Assembly: GCF_004010195.1 (NCBI RefSeq)
Contig: NC_057718.1
Location: 41,561,803 to 41,625,802, forward strand
Length of the DNA: 64,000 bases
Origin: Chiloscyllium plagiosum
Taxonomy: Eukaryota
Direction of reading: 5' to 3'
Below the pieces are notes generated by a model, which was not told the origin of the DNA, did no database searches, and saw nothing but the letters and a program-made list of their open reading frames with translations. Each line of letters begins with the position of its first letter. The first letter of the stretch is position 1. The position numbers and the translations under genes are program-made. Positions 51,022 through 64,000 of this stretch are shown piece after piece.

Positions 51022-52391
51022 TGTTATGAAGTTGTGGGTGTACTGTACCTTTAAAGTGCTGACATTTCTGGCAAGCACAAAGTGTGCTGAAAATTCGAAA
51101 ATGTAACATTTGGGTTGAAACACATATCTGGTTGTATGTTGCCAGGATACAAAAACAAATTCAAAATTCAGCCAGTTTATATGCCCAGATACAAAAGTCC
51201 AATTGAATTTGAATCTTACTATTGTGGATGACATCAAACTAATGAAATGATCTGATGGTTGGGTATAAATAAATATCAAACATTTTGAACAGTTTGCTAC
51301 TGTGGCAAAGAGCAATCAGCACCAACAAGATTTTTTGCAGAAAGATCTGCTCTCTGAAAGATACCTTTACCTATCAAAGATCTGGGAAGCAGAATCCTCA
51401 AGAAGAAGAAAAAAGAAGACAGGAATACAGAGAACTGAAAGCTGCCTAGTCTTGAAATAAAAAGTTTTTTGTAAAATAGTCTTCGTCAGGGTTTTTTAAT
51501 CGGACTATTATTGTAGAGGGGGAGGTAAAAGATAGGTTTAAGAGAAAGGAGCTGCAAATAGTTGTTAGTTAATATTAGAGTCAGATGTACAGCATGGAAA
51601 CAGACCCTTCGGTCCAACCAAATATCCCAACCCAATCTAGTCCCACCTGCCAGCACCCGGCCCATATCCCTCCAAACTCTTCCTATTCATATACCCATCC
51701 AAATGCCTTTTAAATATTGCAATTGTACCAGCTTCCACCATATCCTCTGGCAGTTCATTCCATAAATGTATCAACTTCTGTGTGAAAACGTTGCCCCTTA
51801 AGTCTCTTTTATATCTTTCCCCTCTCACCCTAAGCCTATGCCCTCTAGTTCGGGACTCCCCGACCCAGGGAAAAGACTTTGCCTATTTATCCTATCCATG
51901 CCCCTCATAATTTTGTAAACCTCTATAAGGTCACCCCTCAACCTCTGACGCTCCAAGGAAAATAGCCTCAGCCTGCTCAACCTCTCCCTATAGCTCAAAT
52001 CCTCCAACCCTGGCAACATCCTTGTAAATCTTTTCTGAACCCTTGCAAGTTTCACAACATCTATCCGATAGGAAGGAGACCAGAACTGCATGCAATATTC
52101 CAACAGTGGCCTAACCAATGTCCTGTACAGCCGCAACATGACCTCCCAACTCCTACTCAATAATCTGACCATTAAAGGAAAGCATACCAAATGCCTTCTT
52201 CACTATCCTATACTTGCGACTCCACTTTCACGGAGCTATGAACCTTTTAAAAAATAAAGTTAATTTTTACTTTAAATAGTGACTTTTGGGATAGTTCTTT
52301 GCCTCTCGAATTTTAACAGATTACAGAACATAATGCATCTTTTCTGTGTGGTTGATTTAAATTAGCAGAGGGGTTTACCTGTGTCCTAACA
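51022..52391 (+). repeat. 3' LTR (interrupted by a CR1 fragment)
   Basis: TGTTATGAAG...GTGTCCTAACA, follows the PPT; TGTTA/TAACA terminal inverted repeat. Confidence 0.92.
51576..52244 (-). mobile_element. CR1/HER1-like LINE 3' fragment inserted in the 3' LTR
   Basis: LYRTLVRPLLEYCMQFWSP...RLRGDLIEVYKIM; 3' tail; absent from the 5' LTR. Confidence 0.92.
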
Positions 52392-52548
52392 GTCACACAA
52401 CAACTATTCAAAATCTTTCATAACAGCTTGCAATCTTCAACATTAATTTTGAGCAACAATTTGGAACAAAACCCAGTCTTGGAAGGGATGCAATTCAACA
52501 TAATAAAAGAAAATCACTGCTAAATGAAGTATGAAATAACAAGAAGTG

Positions 52549-53484
52549 TCATAGAATTGTATAGTATGGAAACAGACTCTTCAGTCCAACTCGTCCATGC
52601 CGACCAGATATTCCAAACCGACCTAATCCCACTTACCAGCATTTGGTCCATATCCCTCTAAATCCTTCTTACTCATGTACTCACCCAGATACCTGTTAAA
52701 ATGTTGTAATTGTACCAGTCTTTACCACTTCCTCTGGCATCTCATTCCATAGGCGCACCACCCTCTGTGTGAAAAAGTTGCCCCTCAGGTTTGTTTTAAA
52801 TCTTTCTCCTCTTACCTTTAACAAAGTCATCTAGTTCTGGACTCGTCCGCTCTGGGAAAATGACATTGGCTATTTATCCCATCCATACTCATGATTTTAT
52901 AAACCTCAATAAAGTCACCCCATCAACCCCTAATGATCCAGGGAAAAATATCCCACCCTATTCAGCGACTACCTACAGCTCAAGCTCTCCAATCCTGAAG
53001 AACATCCTTGCAAATCTTTTCTGAACCCTTTCAAATTTAACATTTTTCCTATAGCTTGGAGACCCGAAGTGATTGTAGTATTCTAAAAGTGGCCTAACCA
53101 ATGTCCTGCACAGCCACAATATGCTATCCCAATTGCTCTACTCAATGCATTGACCAATGAAGGCAAGTGTACAAAATGCCTTCTTCACTACCTGGTTTAC
53201 CTGCGACTCCACTTTCAAGGAACTATCATCTGCACCCAAAAGGTCCCTTTGTTCGGCAACATGCCCCAGGGACTTACCGCTAAATGTACAAGTCCGGCCC
53301 CAATTTGCCTTACCAAAATGCAAGACCTCACATTTATCTAAATTAAACTCGGTCTGCCACGCTTTGGCTCATCTGATCAAAGTCCCATTTTACTAAGCGA
53401 TTATCTTCTTCACTGTCTCCTACACTACCAGTTTTGGTGTCATTTGAAACTTACTAACCATACCTCCTATATTCACATCCAACT
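52549..53484 (-). mobile_element. CR1/HER1-like LINE 3' fragment (older)
   Basis: HFGKANWGR...AEQRDL...KKAF RT C-terminal motifs, plus the same 3' UTR. Confidence 0.88.
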
Positions 53485-53485
53485 C

Positions 53486-53672
53486 AAGAAACTCAGCAGG
53501 TCTGCTAAAATCTGTGTAGAGAGAAACAGAATTAATGTTTCAAGTCCAAGGCAACTCTCTCTCAGCACTGAAATTCCGAAATAGTCATACTTCCTTGTTG
53601 GCCTAAAACATTAACTACTTCTCTCTTCACAGATACTGCCAGATATGCTGAGTTTCTCCAGCACTTTGTTTC
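53486..53672. mobile_element. Degraded palindromic copy of the 8501-type repeat
   Basis: ACTCAGCAGGTCTG...AGAGAGAAACAG / CTTCTCTCTTCACAGATACTGCCAGATATGCTGAGTTTC inverted arms. Confidence 0.65.
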
Positions 53673-53719
53673 AATTGCATTTCAACATGCTGTTGAAAAA
53701 TGTCTTAATGCCTGTGCAA

Positions 53720-53970
53720 CAAGAGCTTTTAAATAATGAGATGATTAACCAGATTATCTGTTTTTAGGTTCTTTTGGGTCAGGGTAGATTAGCAGCCAAA
53801 TACCCTGCAAGAACAGCTCATGGTAAGCTGTCACTTGAATGACATATCCAACAACATACCATTCCCCAAGTATTAGGCTGAGCGATAACCTAGATTATTT
53901 GATCAAGCCCTGGAGTGAGACTTGAACACAAAGCCTCTGACATAGCAGAGTTGCTACCAATTGCATCATA
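53720..53970 (-). mobile_element. Degenerate DeuSINE/SacSINE1-like element
   Basis: ACCAGATTATCTGTTTTT...GGAGTGAGACTTGAACAC...CTCTGAC resembles the recalled consensus; a Deu-domain-like GATCCCATGGCA also occurs at ~54280-54370. Confidence 0.45.
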
Positions 53971-54972
53971 CTAAGTTGATACAGGAAACATACCTGCAGC
54001 ATTACAAAGCCAATGCTGTTGCTCGAGAGTAAAAGCTCATTTAACCACACAGATGTCTAGAAGATCCCAAGATCAAATTGAAATTTCACCAGAGCAATTA
54101 GTTTTAAAACACAGCTTCTATTTGACACAGTTTTGAAGCTGTTCTACTCCTGTGAAGCTTAAAAAGCAACACTGATTTTATGAAGTATCTTCAATCTAAA
54201 ATCATACAAAGAATTATTTTTGAAACGTGATAAATGTAACCGCTGGAAAAAAAACGATCAGTTCATTTACTTGCAGTGGTGCTACGAGTTGAGGAAAGAA
54301 TGTTGTCCAGGACAAAACAGTGTTTCTGCTTATCAATCATTGCCATGGGATCCATAACTTTCATTTAAGCTACCAAACAAGGGGACTGTGGTGAGCTTAA
54401 TGTCTGAAAGAATGATTTACAGATGGTGAGGCTATTCTCCTACCCAATCTATACAACATTTTTCTTCAACGTTTTGACAATGATTTCTGGTATACCCAGT
54501 AAAGCAAAGTCGTAAAAAACGTACTAGTTTCTTTTTGTACATGTTATTTGTTGCTGAAAAGATGTTAGGGTGTTGTAAATAAGAGAAACTATACAGCTCT
54601 AAAGCACAAAATATATAATCTATCCTGTTAGATAGGCTGATGTTTAGAAATCCGTTAATTACTAAACCATTCGTGGTTTGCTCTCATATGACAAAATTAA
54701 ATTCAAATTTGATTTGTGATTGGTGTCTACTCATCATGTGAGATCTAAACACATGGCTCTGAGGAAAACAGGAATGTCTCAACTTTAATTTCTGTTGAGT
54801 ACATGTAAACTTGACGAATATCACATTTTCTTGTAGTGTTTCACTGTGGCTTTTGATGGTTCTCATGTTTGAAACCACTACTAGGCAGTCCCAGAACTGA
54901 AAGCCTTTGAGCAGTTCCATCTTTGCCTGGAACTCAAGATATTTCAATAATCTCCATATGTTAACTAACAGT

Positions 54973-55256
54973 AAACTTGAAAGGGTTCAGAAAAGATTTA
55001 CAAGGATGTTGCCAGGGTTGGAGGATCTGAGCTAAAGGAGAGGCTGAATAGGCTGGGTGGAATGAGCTGCCAGAGGATGTGGTGGAGGCTGGTGCAATTG
55101 CAACACTTAAGAGGCATTTGGAAAGGTATATGAATAGGAAGGGTTTGGAGGGATATGGGCCGGGTGCTGGCAGGTGTGACTAGATTGGGTTGGGATGTCT
55201 GGTTGGTATGGACGGGTTGGACCGAAGGGTCTATTTCCTTGCTGTGCATCTCTATG
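54973..55256 (+). mobile_element. CR1/HER1-like LINE 3' fragment with ~205-bp internal deletion
   Basis: Colinear with 12273-12769 except that the equivalent of 12358-12562 is missing (junction 55057/55058). Confidence 0.9.
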
Positions 55257-58200
55257 CCACCATAAATGACTACGTTTTCGAAAGTGAAGAGTGATTCATA
55301 ATTGTCTTACTCAAAATGTAGTAAATCTAGCACTAATTAGATTTTGTTGTTTATAGTTCATTCTAGGTTTTTTCCTACCTCGCTAAATGATCAAGAAATC
55401 ACAATTCTGATAATAAGCCTCATCGTTCATATTTGATTTAAGAGTTTCTCTGGAATACTTGTACTCTTAAACAAGATGTTCCTCTGCTCGATATCTCTCA
55501 AGTTAAACTTTAACAGAATCCTTTAAATATTGCTTCAACTTAATGAACTTCAACTGTATTTTCTTGCAAACCTACTAAACCTTTAAAGAAAGCCCGTACC
55601 TGTCTCTCTAGAAGCTAGTAGTAATATTGGAATCTTGATACATTGATTTTATTACCTTTTCACATTCATTTTATATCATGTGTTAGGATTTGCAACAGCC
55701 TGTTGTGTTGGATGTATGGATCTTTCCAAAGGATTTGCCTCATCTTTTCATAACCACAAATAGAGTGGACAGATGATATGAATAGCCAGACTCATGCTCA
55801 CCAAAGGAGCTGCTAATAAAGTCGAAAATGATTCAGTCAGAAATCTGACACATTTCAAGCAATGAACGAAACCAAATCATAACAAATACGCAAATGTCAC
55901 AGAACGTTCTGGAATTGGAACAGTATGTTCGAATATCAGTCGTAATTATTTATCTGTTTATATTTATACCTTTTAGTCTTCTCTTGAGATTATAATGAAA
56001 TCTGGACAGTAAACTGCAATGAGGCAAAAGTTCATTCGATTTTTAAGGAACTAGTGAATAACACTTGCTGTTCATTTCCACTAAGAAATAACAGATGGTA
56101 TTGAAGTGAAAACAAAGGAGATTCTATTGGCATACTTATTAATACAACTGATGTCTACTAATTAGAACAACCACAGTCACTAAAAATGGAGTTTGGCAAG
56201 TTCTACTTAAGTGCTGCATCCACATAATTATTACAAAGCATTTATTTGTACCAATTATTACTCATGCTGATAGCTAGTCAGATACTGGCTAAAGCAACAT
56301 GAAAAAAAGATGAGCAGAAAATAAAAAAAAGTCAATTTGTCAACTACTTTTTTTTCAAAATCAAAAGGCTAATTTAACAAAATGACTCACTACTTTCTTG
56401 ATGCAATCACTTAGGCACCAATAGGCTGGCCAATGAAAGTACAATATATATACTTATTTGTTTAGATTCTGTTGAACAGAAAACAAACAACAGACACATT
56501 ATGCAATTTGAGTCCTTGGCTTAGTAGCTGGCTAACCATGAATTAGTTGAAAATTTACTTAAAGCCAGCTAGATTTCATATTGTACAAGAATATTACGCA
56601 AAACACTATTCGCTTCACCTAAGAGTGATATAGTTTCATACATTTGTACACTACTTCAATCATTTTGAATATTTGAAGTTAGTAACCAATTTTCTATCAA
56701 ATTAAATATACGTTTGTATCAGATGCAAAAAAACCAGTATTACTGAACTTTCCTACTTTACTGGAAGAAACAGCCTCATGGAAACTTAAGGAACGAATGT
56801 AAGATGAGCAATTCAACCACTATGGCACTTAGTACTCCATTAGCCCTTCAACCAGCAGGGTACTTAACACTACAAAGACTTCTGGGTTCCTGTTCAGAGC
56901 TGCTCCTTTCAGAAACCAAGATGTATGGGCAGAACTTCAAATGCTGGCTACCCATTTTGTGTTTAAAAATAAGTAATTAGCAATCCAAAGTTTAGTAGGG
57001 GCACTGAAACCCATTTGCCTGTCTCAATCAAATTTCAAGAAGCTTTTAATGGACACTCAACATTTCTGCCTAAAACAGGCAAGAAGGTCTTTAGCTAAGC
57101 AAACTGAGGTCATGTGCCTGGTATAGAACATTAATAGAATGTTTAAAAAGAAAGGGGTGGAGCAGCAATATGTACACAAGTTCCTTCCCTCTTAGCAGCA
57201 AGACAACCAAGCAGTAATCCTTAAAGTGATCACTGGAAGCCACTCCAAAAAGTTGTTGTACATTTGTTTTTAAAAAGAAGTGGATCCAGTAGGAATACTG
57301 TCTCAAATCTTCCAGCTCAGCCTTGCCACTCCTCAGTAATCATAATCCCTACCCCTCCACAGGTCAATCTGTGCCTTTTTTCCATGTTGAAAACAAATAA
57401 TCCAGTCTGTTGGAAGCCCACAGTTCACAAACACAAAATAAAACTGGAAGAGGTTTGGACCTCCAGACTCTCACTTTGGCTGATATCACATCACTTGATG
57501 CCCAAACCAAGCATCTTCTTCACAATTTACATTGCAGCACATCGCAAGCAGTGAACTGTGCAGAATGCCAACTTAAACACTGCTTTGATGGACTTTTACC
57601 ATCCATGTCAGAAATGGCAAGAAAACAGTGGTAACAGAGTTAACAGACTTGTGTAAACTTTGTTTCTAATGATGCTGAAATGCTGCCAACTTAAATCATC
57701 AAAATTAACCTCTCTAACAAATATTGAAATGTCATAAGCTGATTCAATAAATTGTACAACTTATTCAACTTTACATTCATAATGTGATTTCTGATGTGCA
57801 AGTGCGACCCAGCTGGCTTATTTACTGGTTTTACAGTGCAAAATGTTTTACATTGGCCTAGAGCTAACTACACTATATAGAAATGAGCTCAGCAAAAACC
57901 CATTCCTTTCATGTTGCTAGGTAACACATCAAATCTTTCCAAATATTTCAGTATTAGTACACATAAGCTAAGCTTTATGAGTTTGAAGTATTTAATTACA
58001 ACACCAAATCTTCTTTTGGAAAAATCTTTCACAATCTAATGAAGTCTTAGTATTGACACACACTGCCTTAAAAAAACTTACTAAAACTCAGGGTTAATAA
58101 GCAGTTACAAGTGAACATGTACCCGACTTAAGTATAACTTTGATACTATACAGAAGTAGGAGGAAAACAAAGTGCCCCAAAAAATGTCAAGCCCAAAGTC

Positions 58201-58934
58201 ACTTTGAGAAAAAGACACCTTAAGTTAAGTTTTTAAAAAAAAACGATCCTGGCTTACACTCAAAGGTAATCACTTCCATCTGGGCATACGGAACCGGCAA
58301 AAAGACTATGTTTTCAAGCCATGAAAGCAAATATTTGACTCCAACCCACAGCTCTTTCAATCACAACTGTTCACAAAATAAACAGTCAACCCTCAAACCA
58401 TAGAGTTTTTCTCTGCATAAAAATGAGAAAAAAACAGATACACAAGCATGACATAGATCCCATTGCATGGTCAACATTTTAGTTACCACAGTTGACTGGA
58501 AATTACTTATTCTATTTTATAGAAAAAACATAATGAACATTTCAATCAAATACCATTAACCATTCCCAAAAGGAATTTAGAAAAAAACATATGTAGCTGT
58601 GTGCCCAAGCTTCTGAAAAATTTTACAATTACAAATGAAAAGAATTTATCCCAAACACAGGAGGCATCATGTCTAACTAGTTTACCTTTCAGTGGTTCTG
58701 CTTAATATTGATATTAATGAAGCAGTGAATCAACTCCATCCAGGACATCAGCAATTCAAACAACAAAAGTTATATTTTAGAATTAGCCTAACATAGATAT
58801 GATAGAAAGTCATTAAGTGATGCAATCAAGCAGGAACTAAGAAACCAGTCCAAACTGGACTTGCCCAACATCTAAAATGATTTCTTTCAACTGGGGAAAA
58901 TGGCTTTCATTTATAAAGCACCCGCATCACATTT

Positions 58935-59293
58935 TATTAAAAAATCACTCTCAGGACACGGGAACTGCTACTTATAAATGCAGGCATTTATTGCCCATCC
59001 AATTGCCCTGATGGCAGTTGAGGACTAACCTCTCAGGTTTGGGACTACAGTCACACATAGGCCTGACCTGGTAAGGATGGCAGTTTCCTTTCCCAAAGGA
59101 TATGCGTGAACCAAATAGGTTTTTCCAACAGTTGACAATGATTTTGTGTTCATCATTTGACTCAATTCCATATTTTTACTAGATCCAAATTCTACCATCT
59201 GCCTTGGCAGGATTCAAACCTGGCATTCCAGAACATTACCTGGGTCTCTGGATTAATAATTCAATGATAATACTACTAAACCACAATCTCCTT
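58935..59293 (-). mobile_element. Older tRNA-type SINE (second family)
   Basis: Reverse-complement homology to 24390-24690. Confidence 0.7.
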
Positions 59294-60960
59294 CTATATC
59301 GTTGCCAATAAAGTATTTTTGACATTTTGTTACTGTTCTAGGTGTTGATGTCCCTTTATGACCATTACCCTTGTTGGATTATGGCATATTCCTATGCTAT
59401 TACATTATTTGGGATGTAATTATGTCATCAAATCTGCAATGCCTTTTCTGTGTCTGCCATCCTCAGTAATTGAACTTCAGCATTGAAGAGTAAGAGATTC
59501 AGGTGATTGCAAAATATGGTAGGATCGAGACAGGGAAGCAGAGTTTAAAACCTGATAAAGTGCTGTGACAACTGTTCAAATTTTCCATTTAATTAATTTT
59601 AAGTCCATTGCTAGCTTTCAGTGAAATTGCTATAAATTTGTAAAAAAATCATTAAAACCTAAGGCAAAAGGACCACTTTTATGAAGTCCATTGATGTGAA
59701 TAATTAGATGGCAGGGCTTTGCTAGATACAATTGCAAATTATGTTAAAAACTGAAGTTGCTGACAATGATAAATAAAAATGCTATGTCTCATGTTGCTAG
59801 CAAAACTAAAATCATAGACTAGTTACCTCCTTTGTCAAGACCAAAAATATTAGCTGCCTTGGCTAAAACGCTGGCCTTGCCAAGACAGAATAAAAATCTT
59901 TGAGGTAAAGCAAATTAGAAACTTCAAATCTAACACTAATAGTTCTTTGTTAGGTAAGGGTATAAAAATTTACTGAATGAGGGTTGAAATATAGATCAGT
60001 CTCAAGAATGGTGGCTTAGGCTCAAGGCCAAAACACAATCACTTCCAAATCTCACTCTAATTCACACTATCAGATTTTTTTTAAAAATCACCATTCTTTC
60101 ATCAATCAAAATCTTGGAACACACTGTAAGAACACTGAAAGTGTCTTCACCATAAAGAGTGCAGCATTCAAGATAATGGTGCATCAACATCTTCTCAAGT
60201 GAAACTAAGGACAGTCATTAAAAGCCCATTTTGTTCCATGAAAAGGCAGTAAAAGATTTACTCAAGTTCTTGGTAGCTGATGAGCTCTATGATACAGAAG
60301 AATAGGTAAACCACCCAGCCACATTGCCAACTACTAAACCTGAGACCAATAAGGCTCTCATGATGGCAGATGATGACTTATGCCTTTGAAATTGCAGTTG
60401 GCGCCAACATAAATGGCCTGTACCATTTTTCACTAACTGGGTAGAAATCTGCTACTCTTCAGATGATAAAGATACACGCTGATTTGTTGGAGATTCCTCA
60501 ATCAGCTGAAGGAGAAGCCCATGAGGCTGAAAACAGTAATGCGCCACTCAGATGATGGGCTTTGATAAATCAGTTTGTAGGATGGGAGGTGTGGATAGTT
60601 CCCATTACAAAACTAAAACATTGTTCATCAGCATTGATTAGAAATGGCATCAGTCCTAAGAGTCAATGTCACAAAGTGCTGAATTACCTTGCAGCTGCCA
60701 TGAAACTTTAGCATTCTTTTGCCAAATTACCTAAGAATTTAATGCATTCCAATTAGCATCTTCAAGAACTGATTAACCATTGTTATTATTATTTTATAAT
60801 TTTTTTATTGTTCTGGGTACCACCAGGGTGTGGTCTCAAAGGTATCAAATGGCCAATAGTGACAGATATTATTATAGTATCTTTAGTTCTTACCAAGAAT
60901 GGACAAAACGCTCAGATTTTTCTCATGTTTAGAATGTCAGTTACAATCGAGGTCAAGCTT

Positions 60961-61068
60961 GAGCGGCGCTCCTAAAGCTAGTGCTTCCAATTAAATCTGT
61001 TGGACTGTAACCTGTTGTGTGATTTGTAACTTTGTGGACCCCAGTCAAACACCGGCATCTCCAAATCA
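60961..61068 (+). mobile_element. Penelope-like element terminal fragment
   Basis: GAGCGGCGCTCC-TAAAGCTA (stem II plus a broken GAAAGCTA) followed by ...CCCCAGTCAAACACCGGCATCTCCAAATCA, recalled as a vertebrate PLE end. Confidence 0.5.
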
Positions 61069-63214
61069 TTCTTGAACTGTTGCAGTCTAATTGGTCTAAG
61101 TATATGATGCTGCTGCTGGGAAGGGAGTTTGAGCGTTCGACCTAATGATAGAGAAGGGGTGGCAATATAATTCCAAATAAGGATGATAAGCAGATACCAC
61201 ATCAAACAGAAGTGGCTTAAATCAATTTATAAGTAATTTGATTTAGAGTTCTAAAACAGCAATACTCCCCTGGTGAAAGGAAATCTGTTATTGCCTGGGG
61301 TAATGCTGATTCTCTATAGAGATTAGAAACTCAAAATGCTGAGATAACCTTTCCTTTCTCAGCAGATATCACCTGATCTGTAGAACTATCCCAGCATTAT
61401 TTTTAATTACCATTAATTAGGTGATTAGTTCTCTCTTCTGGGCATAAAAGTTGCACTAAGAATCTACATAAAGATTGCACCAATGAATGTTATAACATTC
61501 TTAAAACATGTCATCTGCTGTTAAACAAAATGTTTGCAGATATCAATAAATAAATTGGTGGCATTCATAGCTGATTCCATTCTGAATTTATGTGGCAAAT
61601 GTGCAGTAACATTAAGAGTAGAATTATTTGTATCTCTAATTTTCCAAATTCAAAGTGCCCTTCTACTCAGAAGCAGGCTTGAATTGAACAGTTTTAATAG
61701 ACAGGAATTGCCAGCTTTGATGCATGCCAGGAGATGCCCCACTTGAACAAGATCCAGCCCAATTATTCCATGTAATCAGCTAGCAAAATGCACTAGATTG
61801 TGACAATAAACATTTCATTCTTTTCCTTGTGAGTAGCCTTTTACTAAGTGCTCAGTATTAGGCTTTCTGGTTTCATATATCCTGGTCGCTCTTCATTGGT
61901 AGTACTTACACAGCTTTTCCTGTTTTTGACGGGCACACGCCCTCTCCTTTTCAACTGTAAGGTCAAGTGCAGCATATTTTCATAGGTACAGCTGAGAGGC
62001 AAAACATAGCTGTTTGAAAAAAAACTGAATTTTGGCATTAACCCTAATATTTTCTATGCTGTATAAACCTTTTGAAAAATAACTAAAAAAGCTGAGGCCA
62101 AGTCCTGTCACGACTCAAGTAGTGCACAGATAGAATAGTGCCCCACAAGACCTACTTGGTGTACTAGACTACATCCAGGTGCTGTTCAAACTTATACATG
62201 ATGCTTGAACAAATATAGATGCTTGAAAGGTTATGAGCGAAAACATCAAGGGAAAAAATCCAACTTTAAATTTGTTGTATAATTGGGTGAAAGTGGTGAA
62301 GAAGAGAAAATGTTCCAATGGAACTTAAATATAACCAAGACTAAGCCCAAGAAAGATCCAACTTTTTCATGAAATGAAGTTGCTTTGATTTATATTTTGA
62401 CCTTTTTAATTGGAAGGAAGGGAAATCAAAATGTCCACTCCTTCCCTAAACAAAGCAGCCGTCATGCAGACCCATCATTCAAATGAAATTGATAAAATTT
62501 AATTACTCTTGCATCTTTCACTACTTCTGCATCAATTATAACAAAATGCATCAAATCCTTCGATGCAGAAGATAAAAATTACAGAGGCCAGGACATAACA
62601 CAAGTACATCTACATTAGCAGCTGCTGGGACTTCTGGTACTGACTACTTTAAAGTAGAAGTCAAGATTGAGATCACCTCATTGAAGTACATCCGCCCTAT
62701 GGAGAGAAACTCCCAACAAAAACTTGAATAATTTTGAGCTGCATGCACAATTCCAGTCTTCTATTGCCCAGTAGCCCCTACGCCTGCTAGTTAGCAAGCT
62801 GATACACCAGCCAAATTCTTCCATTTCCCTTTGGTGCACTGGGTTGGTGATGTCTACCAGGTTGGATTTAGGAAAGCTCCCATTTCTGTACCCTCTCTGA
62901 TAGCAGAACTAGGAAATAGGCAAAGATGATTTGGGTTAATAATTTTACAGTGGGAACATACCAGAATGATAGTTAATGAGACATTACAGTATTTAGCTAC
63001 CTCTCCTATCAAGTGCAGAAGGACATTGAGAGGCTGGCTGACCTTGGAAAGTGAACACTTGCCCCACCTATCCCCCTCAGACTGAAGTGCTCCAAGTACA
63101 TGCCAGATGCTTTGTCAGAAGAAACTCTTGGGCATTACAAGGAAGCATCCAAACAACCCCTTGCATCAGTCAAAGGCATACTTAACAATGACCTTAGTTA
63201 TTTGCAATATATTA

Positions 63215-63790
63215 ATTATTTAGGTGAGGGAACTAAATGAAACATCTCCAAGTTTGGATTCAAAGCTGAGTGGTAGGGTGAACTGTGGAAAATGCAGAGC
63301 TGCTTCAGTGTGATTTGTACAAGTTGAACATGTGGCCAAATGCATGGCGGATGAAGTATAATATAGACAAATGCAAGGTTATCCACTTTGGCAATAGATT
63401 GGGAAAGGATTGCCTTTGTACATCAGTCCCTGAAAGTCAGCATGCAGATTCAGCAAGGACTGAAGGCAGAACATGTTGGCCTGCATAGCGAGAGGATTGA
63501 GTACAGAAGCAGGGATTTCTTCCTGCAATTATACAGGTCCTTGGTCAGACCACACCTTGAGTACTGCGTACAGTTTTGGCCTGCTTAACTGAGGAAGGAT
63601 GGCTGTGGAGGGAGTTTAACAAAGGTACGTCAAACTGATATTTGGGATGGCAGAACTGACATTGGAAGAGAGACTAGATGGGTTAGGGCTCAGTTCACTG
63701 GAGTTTAGAAGAAGGAAGACAGATATCTCAGACATATAAAATATTACAAGGACTGGACAGGGTAATTGCAGAAAGGATGTTCCTGTTAAC
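63215..63790 (+). mobile_element. CR1-like LINE RT fragment
   Basis: LQCDLYKL..W..MKYNIDKCKVIHFG; LYRSLVRPHLEYCVQFWP. Confidence 0.88.
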
Positions 63791-63957
63791 CATAGAGTCA
63801 TAGAAATGTACAGCATGGAAACAGACCCTTCGGTCCAACCTGTCCATGCCGACCAGATATCGCAACCCAATCTAGTCCCACCTGCCAGCACCCGGCCCAT
63901 ATCCCTCCAAACCCTTCCTATTCATATACCCATCCAAATGTCTCTTTAATGTTGTAA
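63791..63957 (-). mobile_element. Young HER1-like LINE 3' end nested in the older CR1
   Basis: Near-identical to 25351-25520. Confidence 0.9.
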
Positions 63958-64000
63958 AGAATCAGGGATCATTTTCTAAGGATATGGGTAGACCATTTAG

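Larger units (their letters stand above)
44523..52391 (+). mobile_element. Full-length, decayed Gmr1-like Ty3/Gypsy LTR retrotransposon
   Basis: Two homologous LTRs; 4-bp TSD GTCA (44519-44522 / 52392-52395); PBS at 45238; PPT AAGGGGGAAG at 51012-51021; gag, PR, INT, RT and RH remnants with stops and frameshifts. Confidence 0.95.

Overview
Vertebrate genomic DNA, almost certainly from a cartilaginous fish (shark), judged from HE1-like SINE / HER1-like CR1 LINE pairs and other chondrichthyan-type repeats. The only host gene I can support is the 5' half of TGFB2 on the minus strand: promoter ~38100-38170, coding exon 1 at 37037-37382, a 30.2 kb intron 1, and exon 2 at 6632-6795. The gene continues off the left edge. 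About 6.4 kb upstream lies a complete but decayed Gmr1-type Gypsy LTR retrotransposon (44523-52391, TSD GTCA, tRNA-Pro PBS, PR-INT-RT-RH order). It carries a nested inverted solo LTR and a nested CR1 fragment. The rest is a mosaic of CR1, RTE, L2 and Penelope-like fragments, SINEs and probable TIR (Harbinger-like) elements. The most striking non-obvious signal is a set of short Penelope-related inserts with minimal hammerhead-ribozyme cores; two are long palindromes flanked by 13-14 bp TSDs, and several cores are sense to the TGFB2 pre-mRNA. All family assignments are by eye and from memory of consensus motifs; no searches were run.
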